Source: Ramazzottius varieornatus (Eukaryota; Animalia; Tardigrada). Taken from it: a stretch of DNA of 64,000 nucleotides. Under the pieces are notes generated by a model, which had not been told where the DNA came from, did not search any database, and saw nothing but the letters and a program-made list of their open reading frames with translations. Positions 12,858 through 26,200 of this stretch are shown here, one piece after another. Position 1 is the stretch's first letter. Every line of letters starts with the position of its first letter. The stretch is from positions 383,401-447,400 of the forward strand of contig BDGG01000007.1 of assembly GCA_001949185.1 (NCBI GenBank). The letters are read 5' to 3'. A program made the translations under genes and the position numbers.

Positions 12858-13103
12858 TTAACTTAACTTTATCATTTTCAAAAACCAGCAAACAAGAGGT
12901 GAACCTGTCCCAGTTAGTCCGACAGTGGTATCAACCATGGGGCATCCGTGCACAGCAGGATAGTCCGGACGCCTTCCGACGCGATCTCGTCCATAACGAC
13001 GAGGTTCGTCGTACTCATCCCGTTCGCTTCGATCCCTGTGGGACGACGCAGATGCTTCATCCAATATGGCGAGGACCGCAATCGCGGAAAAGATGGACTT
13101 CAT
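12858..13103 (-). CDS. putative secreted peptide or first exon with signal peptide
   Basis: MKSIFSAIAVLAILDEASA signal-like leader followed by an R/D/E-rich stretch. Possible donor acag|gttcac near 12904. Downstream exons are not resolved. Confidence 0.4.
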   Translation of the reverse strand: MKSIFSAIAVLAILDEASASSHRDRSERDEYDEPRRYGRDRVGRRPDYPAVHGCPMVDTTVGLTGTGSPLVCWFLKMIKLS

Positions 13104-13623
13104 TCTACTGGCTGGCGAGAAATTGGTGCGGTACGTGGGGAGCCCCGAACAAAATTCAGAACTGCTCGCAAATTTTGCCTACCCGAAACATTGCCTTTAC
13201 TTATACTGTAATTGGAGCAGTAGAATGTGGTCGTTCGCGAGGAAGAGAACGATCAAAAGATCCTTATTCCCCAAGCATTACTGCACACAACAAACGTGTG
13301 TCGACTGTCAACCACACTCTGCATATTCTACGAAACGCTGCAAGATCCCTAAAGTCAACTTACATCATCTATCCTCACGAAAAGCAGCTGGTTTTTTTTT
13401 TGGATCGCGCGTCCACCAACCTTCCAGACTTTCGTTGCGTTGCGTACTGTATATAACGATAAGTTATTCAGGACAGTTCAATTTCTCAAGTCGCAACCCC
13501 GTAAGTCTGACCTGCTGGAGTTGTGGCTTTAACGTCACGAAGCTCTTCCTCGCGAGCTCGCCGCTGGTCCGAACTCGACCTGGGAGGTAAAGACTCATGT
13601 TCGCACTGACGAGCGGTTACTCG

Positions 13624-14128
13624 GGTAATATCGTAATCTCCGTCACCCCCTCAGATTTCGCCCCACAATAGCTCATTCGACAGAACTCGACGAGCTGAAT
13701 CGAATGGCCGTATCCGTTTTCGGGAAAATGGATTTTGGGAGGACCGCAGACACGAAGAAAAATGCCTGTGATTAGAGCTTAGGATGGGTCTGGGCACGAG
13801 CGAAGCGACTGCCCAGACGCGGCCATCCCCAACCCCCCTCCCTCACCTAGACGCTCGTACACCCTTCCCCACCCCCAATCCCCACACCCCACCATGACCA
13901 CTTCGAGTTCGAGACGCTCGTACACCCTTCCCCCACCATCACCACTTCGGGAAGGGCCCACCGCTGCAACGGAAACGTGTCTTCCGGCAGAACTAATTTC
14001 TTTCCCCTGACTCCAAAATGCGTTCTACCGGAAAACGAATGCCGCTATTCGACTCAGCTAGTCGACATCTGTCGAATGTGCTATCAAGGGGTGAAATCTG
14101 AGGGGGTGACATAGATTACGATTGTACC
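13624..14128. mobile_element. non-autonomous DNA transposon with long TIRs (Merlin-like GG ends, 8-bp TSD)
   Basis: Imperfect TIRs of roughly 130 bp (ggtaatatcgtaatct.. / ..agattacgattgtacc). Perfect 8-bp TSD gttactcg at 13616-13623 and 14129-14136. Internal duplicated agacgctcgtacacccttcccc. Confidence 0.85.
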
Positions 14129-14354
14129 GTTACTCGGACATTAAGCGGTTACTGACGAAAGCGACGAGGAAGAATCCATCTTGTTAACACTTGCTCAAAA
14201 GAAGATTGCTCTACTTTCTCTCAGCACGATCATTTAACTTAGCAGGAAAGAACTCGGCATTTTCACATTTCTTAGGATGAGAAAACAAACTCCAACTTGT
14301 CTTTGGACGCACTGTCGAATCAAAATCAAACAAAAGAGCCAAAACTACTTGCTT

Positions 14355-17300
14355 TCACAAAACTCTCTTTCTAGACGTTTCTTCCTCAATGCAGCTCACA
14401 CCGTTGCCTCGTGGGGACTTCACATCGTACTGCTGCGCCTGATCACCCGCAGCCACCACACTGCCCAACCGTGACCGCCCGCTCTTGGAAGGAACCATGT
14501 CGGTCAGAAGGACGTCTGACGTACCCTGACCAGTCTCCAACGGCAGTGGATGCTGCTGGAAGTGTTCAATCATGGACTGGACACAGTCGAACCACATCGA
14601 CTGGACATGGCACTGTCCATCTGCCTCCACTATGATCCTCACGTGCTAAAGAATATCGATGCCAAATCAGCAAGTTTCTTCCATCGCGACGTGAGAGGTC
14701 GGCAAACGAATCCCACAACATCGTTATTACGAGTGGCGCATGCGGTCACTTCTATTGGCAGGAACAGTGCGCCATTTGGACAAATCGACAAGACTCTTTT
14801 CCCAAGTGGCGCACATTTGCGATTTCAGTAGCTGGAAATGTGCGCCACTTAGGGGGAACGATATGGCACATTTCGTTTGCCAAATTGTCCACCTCTCATT
14901 TAGAGAATAAAAAATTCCTGGTTCTTACCTTTGGTTTGCCGTAGGCGTTGAAGGTGATAACGCATTCACCAGGTCGCGTTTCGCTAGCCCGGACCAGAAA
15001 GCACCCATGCCTCCGTTCAGGTGGAGTGGTGGGCGTACATGATGTCACTGCGGCCGACGCTTCCGTCCGCGTGATGTCGCTGTGGTAGCCGGGATAGGCA
15101 GCCAGCGAACTTGCCCGTTCTCTTCCTTCTGCAACCACAAACTCAAGTTGGACCTTCACGAACTTCTACACAGATTACAGAATGAAAGGGTTGTTTTACC
15201 TGAAGATGGTACGTCAACTTCCGTGTTGACTTGACCATCGACAAGACCGCGGAAACGCCCGGCTGGCGCGTCCGTCACGCTGTTCTTCCTGGACATGGTT
15301 TGACGAGCCCATAGTGGAATCTCACAGGCAGTGTTGTCGAGAAGAGGAACGGCTGGAGAGATGGGGTCTGTGAGCGATTGCTTGGCCGTCTTATATACGA
15401 TCGATTGCGCCGACGAAGACGGAGGGAATGTCGACAGTCTCGGTCGCCTATTAGAAGAAACATCCACCGTAAAACACTATGCTTCTCGTGAACTTTCCAC
15501 GAACGAGCCGTAGTGCTGAGAGCCATTCGGAATTTGCGATGGGAATTTACTACACATTTGTGGTGTTTTGCTTACAATTGTGGCTGTTGAGCTTCAGCCG
15601 GGATTCTGGCCATTTCCAGTCCGCTTCTCTGCATCTCAAAGACCCACGCTCGTTTCTCGGTGGCCGTTTCCATTCGGAAGAAGTACCGTGTGCCATCTTT
15701 AAACTATACTCAAGAAAGAAAACAAAGCTCTTGGTCAGAAACGATAAACACTTGAGAAGAGAATGGTAATGAGGAACAAGTAGACTGTTCAAATGACCCA
15801 TCTTAAAGAAAAGTAAACCAACCACGTGACTTCACCCACCGTGCAGAGGTGGACATAGTCACGTGGCAGACAGACTGAAGAGAGACGACGCAAGCAACGG
15901 TGGTAAACGGTTTACAGACTGACCACCTGCGCACGCTTTGTTTCCGTAATCTTCCATCCACTTCACTTTCCAATGAAACGATAGCCCTTCTTCGCACAAG
16001 GATGATGGAAGAATAACATACCTGAACAACAAAGACGCAATCTGCTCGCTGGGCATCGCTGTCTAGGGCGTCTTTGGCTTCTTTAATTGCCGTACAAAAG
16101 AGACTCTTCTTGGCTTTGTTTGCCTACAAACACAAAAGATTAGTTTTCTGTGGGTAGCTTGGTACAAATCTTTTTCTTCCCATTTTCCCTTGTTTTACAA
16201 GTGTTTGTGCTGCCTTCACCTTGAGGTGGAACAAAGCCCATGAATGGAAGTTCACTCATGAAGATTCCATCGGACAGACTCATCAATCAACAATCAACAG
16301 GGAAACAAAGATCCAGTTGTAGTTGCACCCACTCAACAAAATAATGAAGCATCTGTTTCTGCTTTAAACAGCTTCTCCAGCCATCTTGACTTCCTGGTTT
16401 GAAAAATGATCTTCTCGGTATGGACTTCGGGTTTTTTCCAAATTACGACTTATGGATAGGTGTGATAAACTGGTTGCTTCCTGACAAAGCATTACGATGA
16501 CTAAAGTGCGGGGTTTCAAAAGGAAAAATCGATCGTGATAAAGAAGATGACAGCTTGCTTCCGTTCTCTCCACCAATTTGTGATCGGGTGGTAAAGCAAA
16601 CACGCAGCAAAGTGTGACTGTTTCGCTCTCAATGGTCGATTCATGGTCGCTAGTCACTGTTTACAACTTCACATCTTCCCTTCCCAGCAACGTTCAATCG
16701 CATGGAATAATATATCGACTTTTGATCGACAACAAGATCGTCAGCGATACGCGAGTATCGCTAATCATTCCCAGAATACCAGCCAATCAATACCACAAAA
16801 TGTCAATCAACAAGTCAACCACGCTATCGAGGCCGTGCCAACGGTAGCCAGCACGGCCTTGACATGCGCAGTGACGTATTCCAACACAGCCGTGATCGTC
16901 TGACGCGCCAAATCTGTTAGGTAGGCGAAAATGATACCCTGGAGACCATACGGTGGACTCGTCGTTAGCCCCAGGTGACTGACTACCACCCTTCAGAGAA
17001 AACCTCGTGCTACTCCACTGGATTGTCATGGTGAGTCTGTGACAATGCCATGCCTGAGCGCTTCTACGTGAGGAACTCATCATGTTCTTCTCCAAGAAAC
17101 TCGTTCTCGTTTGACGGAAACAAAAAGTCTTGTGATGAAACCATAAAGAAGGGAACACGAAGGAAGAGACACGAACGTGCGCGAAGCAAACAAACGCGCC
17201 TTGTTTCGAGATTAAAAGTCTGACGCCATTTTCCGCGTCGCGCCCAGTTTCGTATCGCGAAAAGCTCGTTATACTGTTTGCTCACTTCCTGTAAACATGT

Positions 17301-18690
17301 TCACAAATTTTATCAACAGGTTCGACCGAAATCAGCGTTCCACAAGGTTGGTAAGTTCACAAACACGTCACTTGGTGTTTTTCCATTCCGACAGTCAGTG
17401 CAAACACAACTGACGACTTTTTGCTGACTCAAACCTGACTTCTCGTTTCTTGTTTTGAAAAGTCGAGATTATTAATAACATTTTTCAAGTTCATGAATGT
17501 CAAATTAGCTTACCTTAGGCGGTGAGAAGATTTGCAGCAGGTATCCAGCTTGACTTCTGGCCAACACCAACCGACAGGCTTCCCACTTGGCTTCTCGACT
17601 TCTGCTCCTTCTTTCTTCGAGGCTCTCGTTCGCACCCACCACACAACCTGTACACAAGGCTTCCCTCACAACTTCCACCAATAGTTCCACCCTGGTTTGG
17701 CGAATCTCCCCAGCGACGGAGTTTCTTTTGGAGAAAACAGGTGTCTCCGGGGTGGAAGTACGGCTAGAGGAGTCCGCGGCACGGCTTGGCGGTACAACGA
17801 AGGGTCCAGTATCATTAAACGACTGCACACTCGCCGTTTCTACAACCAAAGTAAGTCGAAAAATTCGCCATAATGATCATGAGGCTCTTCTTACCTGATA
17901 TAGTCGAAGGTTCGGTTTTGGTGCTACGATGGAAAGGATTCAGTCCACGGAAGGAAAGTCGACGACGGAAGAAGGACTTTGACTGGCAATTGGGCAGGAT
18001 GTCCGACTGTCCAGTGAAGGAAACTACCGAAGAGCGTCTTGTAAATGTCGCTTCGTCTTCTGTAGAGCTGGATCGAGTCAAGTTGAGAAGGACTTCGGTA
18101 GGAGAAGCCCATTCAGAAGGTGGCGACGACCGTTTTTCCGTTTGGCAACGTCTGGGGGTCCGCTGGCCACCGGACGACTCGTCATATCCCGATGGTCCGC
18201 CAAAGGGTGTTGCCTGGACGAGTTGGCCGGCGTGACGTACCGTCTGTGAAGCCCCGCCCACATGTGCGACTTGATTGGCGTGATTGAGTTGGGTGGTTCG
18301 AGTAATTTCGGTATTTACTCTGGATGAACCATTTTTCGAGCTTTGACGGTCGAATTTTCTTGGAACTTGATCACCTTGCTCGGCAGCCTTGTTGTGAATA
18401 TTCGCGAAAGGAAAACGGTTGGATAGATCCGTGGGAGATGTTATTCCGGCGGAAGAGGGACACGTGTTTTCGGCATCGACTTTCCCGGCGGAAATTTGAG
18501 CTTGAAATTCGCCAAAAAATCTGTAACAAAATCTTCGACCACATTCCAACAGTAAAGTCTCCGTGGATAACTTATCCTCCAGTTGAGTGAATAACTGACG
18601 AGCTAGGAGGCTAGCTTCGTGGTCGACGTAGGAATCCAGCGCGGATCGAAGTGGATCGCTTTCTACAGACATTATCACGTCGACGTCCAT
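14355..18690 (-). CDS. SH2B: SH2B/Lnk-family adaptor (Phe-zipper, PH, SH2), multi-exon
   Basis: N-terminal RRFCYRFFGEF Phe-zipper-like segment. PH exons: KWEACRLVL..YLLQIFSPPK | ANKAKKSLFCTAIKEA..CVFVVQ | FKDGTRYFFR..AWVFEM. SH2 exons: YPGYHSDITRTEA..HGCFLVRASETRPGECVITFNAYGKPK | HVRIIVEADGQCHVQSMWFDCVQSMIEHFQQHPLPLE. Confidence 0.9.
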
Positions 18691-20276
18691 CACATTGCGG
18701 AATATCACATAAAATCCCGGGATGAAGTAGGAAGTATCTCGATTCACACAGCTGACTGTCGCGCCAAAGACCTACGAAAAGAAAAAGGACGAGATGGAGA
18801 CTACCGACAACAGTGGCCAATGTTATGCAATAAATAAACAACAGCAGCACGGCCTTGACAACGCTGGACCAAAGGGGCGGAGTTTTTACCAAGCGCAGAA
18901 CCAGTGCATTAGGTTGGAATGCGCAGACAAGCGATCATTGGTCAACGGAACGGACATGGTGTTCTGCGCATTCGTTGACTTTGGCCGCCCACTTACCTCT
19001 TAGAAACCTGCACAATGATCCGACATTGGCCAACCAGCGGTGCGGCGACAAGCACCTGCGTACAGGCCGCTCTGACGTCAGGGACGAACGAGGTTGTTTG
19101 CCTTGAACTGATGGTCATCCATGGTCAAAGGCACACAGAATCTCTCAAGCGCCAATCACCTTGAATATTCATTTAATCTACTTCCCGACGGACAGACTGG
19201 TTTACACGGCGGGTATAAGTTCCGGCGCCGTTTCTGACTAACTTATGAGTTAATCATACCGGCACGTACCTGTGTGGGAGGCGGCTTTCTAATTCCAAAC
19301 TGACGGGTTTCCGTGGCAAGTGCGATATTTTCAGGGTTTCAGCTTGTGTCAGAATAACTTTCACAACATGAACGATCGAAAAGTGTGACAGAAGTGAAAA
19401 CGGGATCGCTGTTATATCGAAATTTGGACCGACAGACGAGACGACCGATTATGTTTTGGAGGATTTATTCGCCTGTTCCGCTTCAGGTTCTGACGAAGAA
19501 CAGAAGAGACAGGCAGAGCCAGACAGTGAATAATACGAGACAAACATGGTGACTCATGCTCACTTGTGACGAATCAGCGAGCCTGGGAGGCGGACCAGTC
19601 GAGCCGAAGTGGGTGACCGACTCGGAATGACACCCTCATCTATGCGTTGACTCGGTCCATGACTCTCTCTCGTGTCTCTGACCAACGAAAGCGTGTTCCC
19701 CTGTGGCCTGCTAACTTATCGTCCATCGCTTGACGTCACAGCGGGCCCATATAATCCATTCAGCACGCCTTGTTTACGTGGGCCACGTGTGCAAACCTGT
19801 TTTGACTGACCATGGCCCACTGGTCCATGTCGCACAATTAGGTCCAGCACGTGCGTGGGCCGTTGGGCTGTGTTATACGGCCATTACGTTCAAAACATGT
19901 TTACCCCATGACGTTACAAATTGTCCTCGGTCATGCAGCCGACCACGTGGCCAGTTTTATATTAATTTATTCAACTAATCAATAACCAGCCATCAACGAT
20001 TGATTAATTACCTGGATTACTTCCTTGATCGTGATCTTGGACAATCAGTGGAACTGCCATAGCGAAATGACGTAGCATTCTCAGCCACGGAAATTTGAAA
20101 ATAGACGGCAAAGGATATATTTCATGGAAAACAAGAACAGGTTTCGAGAGAAACGAGAAGGCAAAGCCAAAATCGATATCAGTGTCCCAGTGGTAAACAT
20201 ATTTTCGCTTGCGACGAGTCAGACTTATTACAGTGGTATGGCGGTGTAGTTAGGAATGAGCACGATGATGATCATC

Positions 20277-23200
20277 TTACCCGCCTCCTGAATGGCCTTT
20301 CATGTGTTCGGCAAAGCTGAAAGAATAAATTGATAGTTTGGATCTCCCTAATGCAGCCATAAAAGACAGATGTAGCCTGCAGTGTACGCACCGTTTGGCA
20401 CAGTCGTAGGAGAAATCCCGGAGGCTGCTTTCGGCCCACGCCATCTTATACACCACCACAAACACCAGCAGGTGCAGCAGCAACGCGTAGATGAAGAAGG
20501 CCTTCCTGCTGATGGAGCTTCCCAAAATAGCGTTGCTCTGAAATAACACACGCTAGGAACATTAGGCTTTCCCCGTAAATCTTGACGGGGTGATCGATCC
20601 ACAATCCACTTCCGGCAACAACTTCCGTAAACCACCTTCGGGGTGATATTGTAGCCTCTTACTTGTGACACCCGGATGTAATTTACGGCGTTCGCGTAAA
20701 TTCGAGTGAAAGCTTGGAAGAAATGTTTACGTACCACTGCCAACGTTACTTTATCGACTGGGTTCAAAGCATCGTATTTTCTTTGACGTTCAGCCCGGTT
20801 GAACGACGAGAAAGGATCCAGTTTTGCTTCGTAAGCTGAGGAGTAGCGTGATTCCGCGTCGTGCGAGGGAGTTCGCTGTGACGCACCGGAAGTATCCATC
20901 GCAATCCTGTGCTCGCTTTTCCTTCCTTCGTAACTCTGTTCAAGCGCAAACGAAACGTCAGAATAAGGCTTGTCGGCTCTAACAGAGTTCGGAAGCGGAT
21001 ACCTGAAGATATCGAATGCGTTCGTACAGGCGGACATTGTCCACTTTGACAGCTTTCATTTCCGCCTTGACGGCCATCGTGGTGGTCTGCAGTTCATGGT
21101 TGCTGGCTTCTAGTTCTTTTAGCTTCTCGCGCAGTCTTTCCAGTTGTCTTTCAAGGATGGGTATGTAAGCTGCAGTCTGGGCTTCGTTCCACCCGGAGGA
21201 GTTCTCTGTCGGGTTGTCGGAGAAGTCGAAGTTGGACTGCTCACTGCGAAGAACATCTGTGACAAAGTCGGGCTCGTTGATGCTCAACCCGCTCCATGCT
21301 TCCTAGAGTCGAATCATGGAATATTAGTTTCGACGATTCTTTAGGTTTGTGTTAGTGTAGACGGTTTAAAGAAAGTTTAGTGTGCGAAAGAAACGATTGA
21401 GAAACTTGGCTAACAGATCATCAGTATTTTCGTAGACCTGCATACCACGACCCACGGTAAACATCAAGACCCCGGTATGCAGGTGCACGAAACTGCGAGC
21501 TTTTTGTTAGCTCGCTTCGGTTTCCCTCCAAGATACTGTGTTGGCGCTTCGCGAAGAAACGCTTTATTTTTATAGAGTTTGAATGTCTGCGATGCTGTCT
21601 AGTCTTCGGAATGCAGATGTTTGCATACTTTGGGTGTACGATGCCCGGAATTGGAAAGAGTAGTCAGTTCTTGCAGACGCAGAAGGTCGGCTTCCAGGCG
21701 CTCCGTCAACTTGGCCTGATCTTTCATCAGCTGCGTCTGACGCATGTGCTCACCCTCCAAACGCCGTAAGGAATCTGATGCCAGAAAGAGAAAAAAACAC
21801 ACAAGTTGAACATGAGATCAGAGCCAATGGAAGTAAGAATGCTGTCAATGTTGTGACAAGTAAGCGACACGCAAGGTCGACTTCACTGTTATTTTTGTGA
21901 TCAAGGCTGACGTCATCGGCTCGTGTCTGCGATGACGTCAGCGAGCTGGAACAAGGTCAAGGCCAAATGGAAAGCAGCAGTTTGAAGTTTGGTCAAGCTT
22001 ATAAAAGCATAGCGCAAGCATTACCACAGCGATAAAATAACAAAACTGGAAGCGGCACTTCCGCTGCTTATTTTCGAACTGCTCGTATTCAATTTCTATG
22101 TGTGTACTAGTTTTCGGCGTCACACGTGCGAAAATTTTACGACAGCATAGTGATGGTTGAAATATTTTTGGAAGCAAGAAAACAGATGTGTACAAGATAA
22201 GGTTCAATTTTAGAATGAGGAAGTGCGTACAAAAAACCGGAGAAAGTAAAACAAGCCATGTACAGAAACAGAGATTCTAAGAAGCCGTACAGATCAGAAA
22301 TATATCACGAAAGAAAAATTAGAAACGTGAAACATTTACAGCACAAGCACAAAACTGTGCATATCTATCGAGCAATCATTGCAGTGTTTCATGGGAAAAA
22401 ACCTATTCAGGAACCGGGTCGCCCAAAACTAGTCTCACAACATTAAAGTCACCGTCATAAAAAGAAAACACCACAAACCTAGGAACGCTGAGACAAATTA
22501 TCATCGCTGAGGTGTTTTCAACCCCAGGAACATTTTCTTCAGAAATAGGAAAGCTAAAACTTGAGAGTATGTCGGTATCTTTCACCAGTCTTTGTCGTCA
22601 CCATCATGACTGCCTTCTCGCACACTGGGTCCATTCTTCCCACCGGAGGGAAGACTCAAGCCCAACGGCCAGCTGTGTTCCCGCTGGCCCCTCTCCATCT
22701 TGGGGTAATGTGGTTGGACGATGACGGTGTCATGGGGTCGAGCGCCACGCATGGCGGACCGCGGCACACATACCCCGTTGATGATCTCACCGTCCTCGTC
22801 GTCCAACGAACCCACCTCGTCATCTTCCTCGGAATGGTACTTGTGGTAGACTGGCTTGTCGTTGGGCAGGTCATCGTACAGGTGGTTCTCGGCGTCGCCG
22901 CCGGAAGTGCCGTCAGACTCGTCCAGACGAGAACGCTTCTCGCAGGAAGATTCACCGTCGGACGAACCGCGGGAACGCTTACTACTCCCTGCTGAAAAGA
23001 CCCACATCAAGGCCACTTCTCCAGAACGGTTTATAATATAGCAGATCGACAAACAAGCTCGGACAGATCGCGGTTCGAATGGCGCACAGTTTCGGTAAAA
23101 TCAGTTGGAAGCATACGCCAATTGGGAAAACAATCTTGGCGAGTTTATTTTTTCAAGTGGCGCACGTTCTCAGTAAAATTAGCTGAAAGCTTCCGTCACT

Positions 23201-26200
23201 TATGAAAAGAATTTGGCCCAGTATGTTTGCCGAAGCTTCCAGAAAATAGAACGTACCTTTTTGCTGACCCTGGGCGCGAAGAGCTTCGAGGAGGGCAAAG
23301 TCTTCGCCGGTTTGGAGGAGTTTGGTCAGCTTCATGTAGTTTTCTCGGCCTTTCATGGATAACATACCGTAAGGCTTTGGCTTGTTCAACAGCTCGCTGA
23401 CCGTACCTGTTGCAAGCATTATTGAAAATGATTTCATGGAATTATCTGGTGAAGAAAAGCAATGCAAGACGCTTTGTACCTTGGCCGACATCGAGGACAA
23501 GTTCGCCAATCAGTTTCTGCTGAAGGTTCCGCGACCTCAACTCTTCCTTGATCTTGCCAGCCACAGCTACGGTGTCGAGCGACCCACCACTGCGATTAAC
23601 GTCGTTGATCTGATAGAACTTGGCGAAGTGCTCTTTGACAGCCTGGAAGGCCTCACGCTCGCTTAATTCTGCTTCCGAGAGGACAGGCTCGCGACCGGCA
23701 CTGGTGATGACGGGAGCCATACTGGCTGGAACGTTGTTGGCGGGAAAGTTGACTGGGGGAGCTTGTGTTGGCAACTGGGGAGAATCCTCTGCAAAAAGAA
23801 GATAACTTTTCTGCATTGTCAACCTCAAGGTCTGGTTTTTCACAGAGCTTATTGTCGGTACAACATTATTCTCGCAATAGGACCACGCCATAACCAGAAG
23901 CGCGCCACGCTTTGGCAGATATTTTTCTACGATGTTATATTCTTCATACCTTTGGTCCATGGTTCGCGAATGTCCGGTTTCTCCTCTTCATCTTCCCCGA
24001 CCGCCGCCAGTACACGTTCAGGATCTTCGCGGTTCTGGATAGCTTGCAGGACAGGAATGGAGTTTTCATCTTCCAGGAACTGCTGCATTCGAACGTAGTG
24101 CTCCTTCGTCGGTCTTGTGAGCTTATTCCATGGCTTGGGCCTCTTCAGCAAGTCACTGACAGCACCTTGACTCATTCCCAGAACCACCTCACCGAAGAGA
24201 CGCTGACTGACGTTACACTTGTTCAACTTGGACCTGCAAAAACGATCAAAATCCATCCACTGAACGAGATCTCAAAGCAAATACTCATTTTGGACATTCG
24301 ACCAAGCCCGGTCAAAAATCGACCATAAAACCATGCTATCACCACGAGAAACACTGTCAAAGAAACAATGGCCTGGGTGTCACATTTCCGACCGGGCACA
24401 GACATTCACCATGCTCTCGACAAAGTACATTGATGCGGCAAAAGCATGTCTTTCGATTTCAGATTTTGGACCGGGTACATTAATTTACCTGACAGCGCGT
24501 GTGACGACGTCCGTGTCCAGCGGATCATACTGGTTGATCATGTCATCGGTGATCTGATGCAGGACGTTCTTCCTGTAGTCAGGAAAGGAGATACCCAGCG
24601 CGACAGGCGAGGCCGTGAAGGAGGCGGATGGCTTGAAGGGGACAGGTGGCGCGATGGAGCGTCCGACCAGCGGACTGGAGGAAGAGACGTCACGCGAAGA
24701 GGACGAGGACTGGGTGCCTCGACGGGGAGTACTGGACTGCGAGGATAAGTAGGAAGGTGAGTATCGTTTGGGAGACTGCGAAGGCTCTCGTGGAGAGCCA
24801 AGTTTCTGTGGGGAATGTGTGGCGGGCGGACGACGTGGAATGAAGGAAGCGGCGCTGTGGAAGGGTAAGGTGGCCATTTTGGGTGGCCAGTACATGGGCG
24901 CGTCCATGTCAGACAAGGCATTACCTGTGAGGAGAGACACATCAGAATATATTTCCACGATTGAAAAAAAATGAGAAGTGGGCAAATGAGTCCATCCAGA
25001 TTATCCTCCCAAGTGGCGCACAATGTCGGCCAATCTCCCTGACAACGTGCGCCACACGATCTAGTCGAGTGTGTATTTCGAAGTGGCGCACGCTTACAGC
25101 TAATACTGTAATACCGAAAGTGTGCCACTTGGGAAACGATCTGGCTCCGGCTCATCTTCCCACCTCCCATTTGTAAAAACTGGTTCTCCCAAAAATAACA
25201 AAATTTGGGAAAAACCCAGAAAAGATAGACTTTTCGTACCTAGAAGACTCTCTCGTTGTGGGATGAAGGCCTTACGGCGGTTATTCCCTGGCATGGGTGT
25301 CTGCTGGCTCTTGGGTAACGACAGGTCCGTCGGCTCTTCCTTCAACGTCTCCCTTTCGCCACTTCTTCCCTCCCCTCCACTGCCGATCAGTGCGTGGATA
25401 GAAAACGCTCCATTCTTATACACCCCCACCTCGCCATTTTCCCCTTCACTTCTTCTCCGTCTGTCCTTACAGTAGACCTGCAGGACTTTCACCGCGTTGA
25501 TACAGCGCGCGTTCTCCGCCCACATCTTCAGTTTCCGATACTTGTCCCTGCCTGCCGCGTTCAACGTGGTCCAGTCCCTCGGGTCATGCAAGGCGTCGTA
25601 CACCATCTTGTAGCTGCCATTCAGGACGAACTTGGCCAAGGCAGACCGAGTAATGCCTTCTTCTTCCAGCACCCGATTGACTTGCGCGGCCACCTCGCGT
25701 GTGTAGAGTGTCTTGTCGGAAGTGCGACTATGGAGGTTCTGTAAGACAGCTTTGGCTTCAGCAATCTTGGCCGACATTTCGGGTGTCAGGTTGGGCGACT
25801 CGAGGTCCGACCAGTCAATGTCCGAGTATGTGTCTTCGTCTTCGCGATCGGGTGAGGACGAGTCGTGGTCTCGCTCACCTTCACTGCTGTTATGCCCGTT
25901 GCGAGCTAGGACACCGTTAACGTTCACCCCGTTACCGTTAGTGTACAGGTGAGAAGAAAGCCGCGTTGTAAAGCCTAAAACATGGTTAGTGCAACGGTCG
26001 GACCAACCACACCTTCCGTTATACCACCAGTAACAGACCACAAGCACAAAAGCCAATTGCAAGAGAAAAGAAAAGCGCGACACGCACCACGATACGAAGA
26101 TTTTCGGCCAGCGTGCAGTACTTGTTTCTACGTGTGTGATGCAAATCTACCTACAGCTTGGATGCCGCATATTCGACTTGCGTATTTTTCTATGATGAAT

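Noticed and set aside
25100-25239. C-terminal part of the 327-aa CUT1 ORF
   Set aside because: It runs past the donor at 25239 into an intron containing a MITE.
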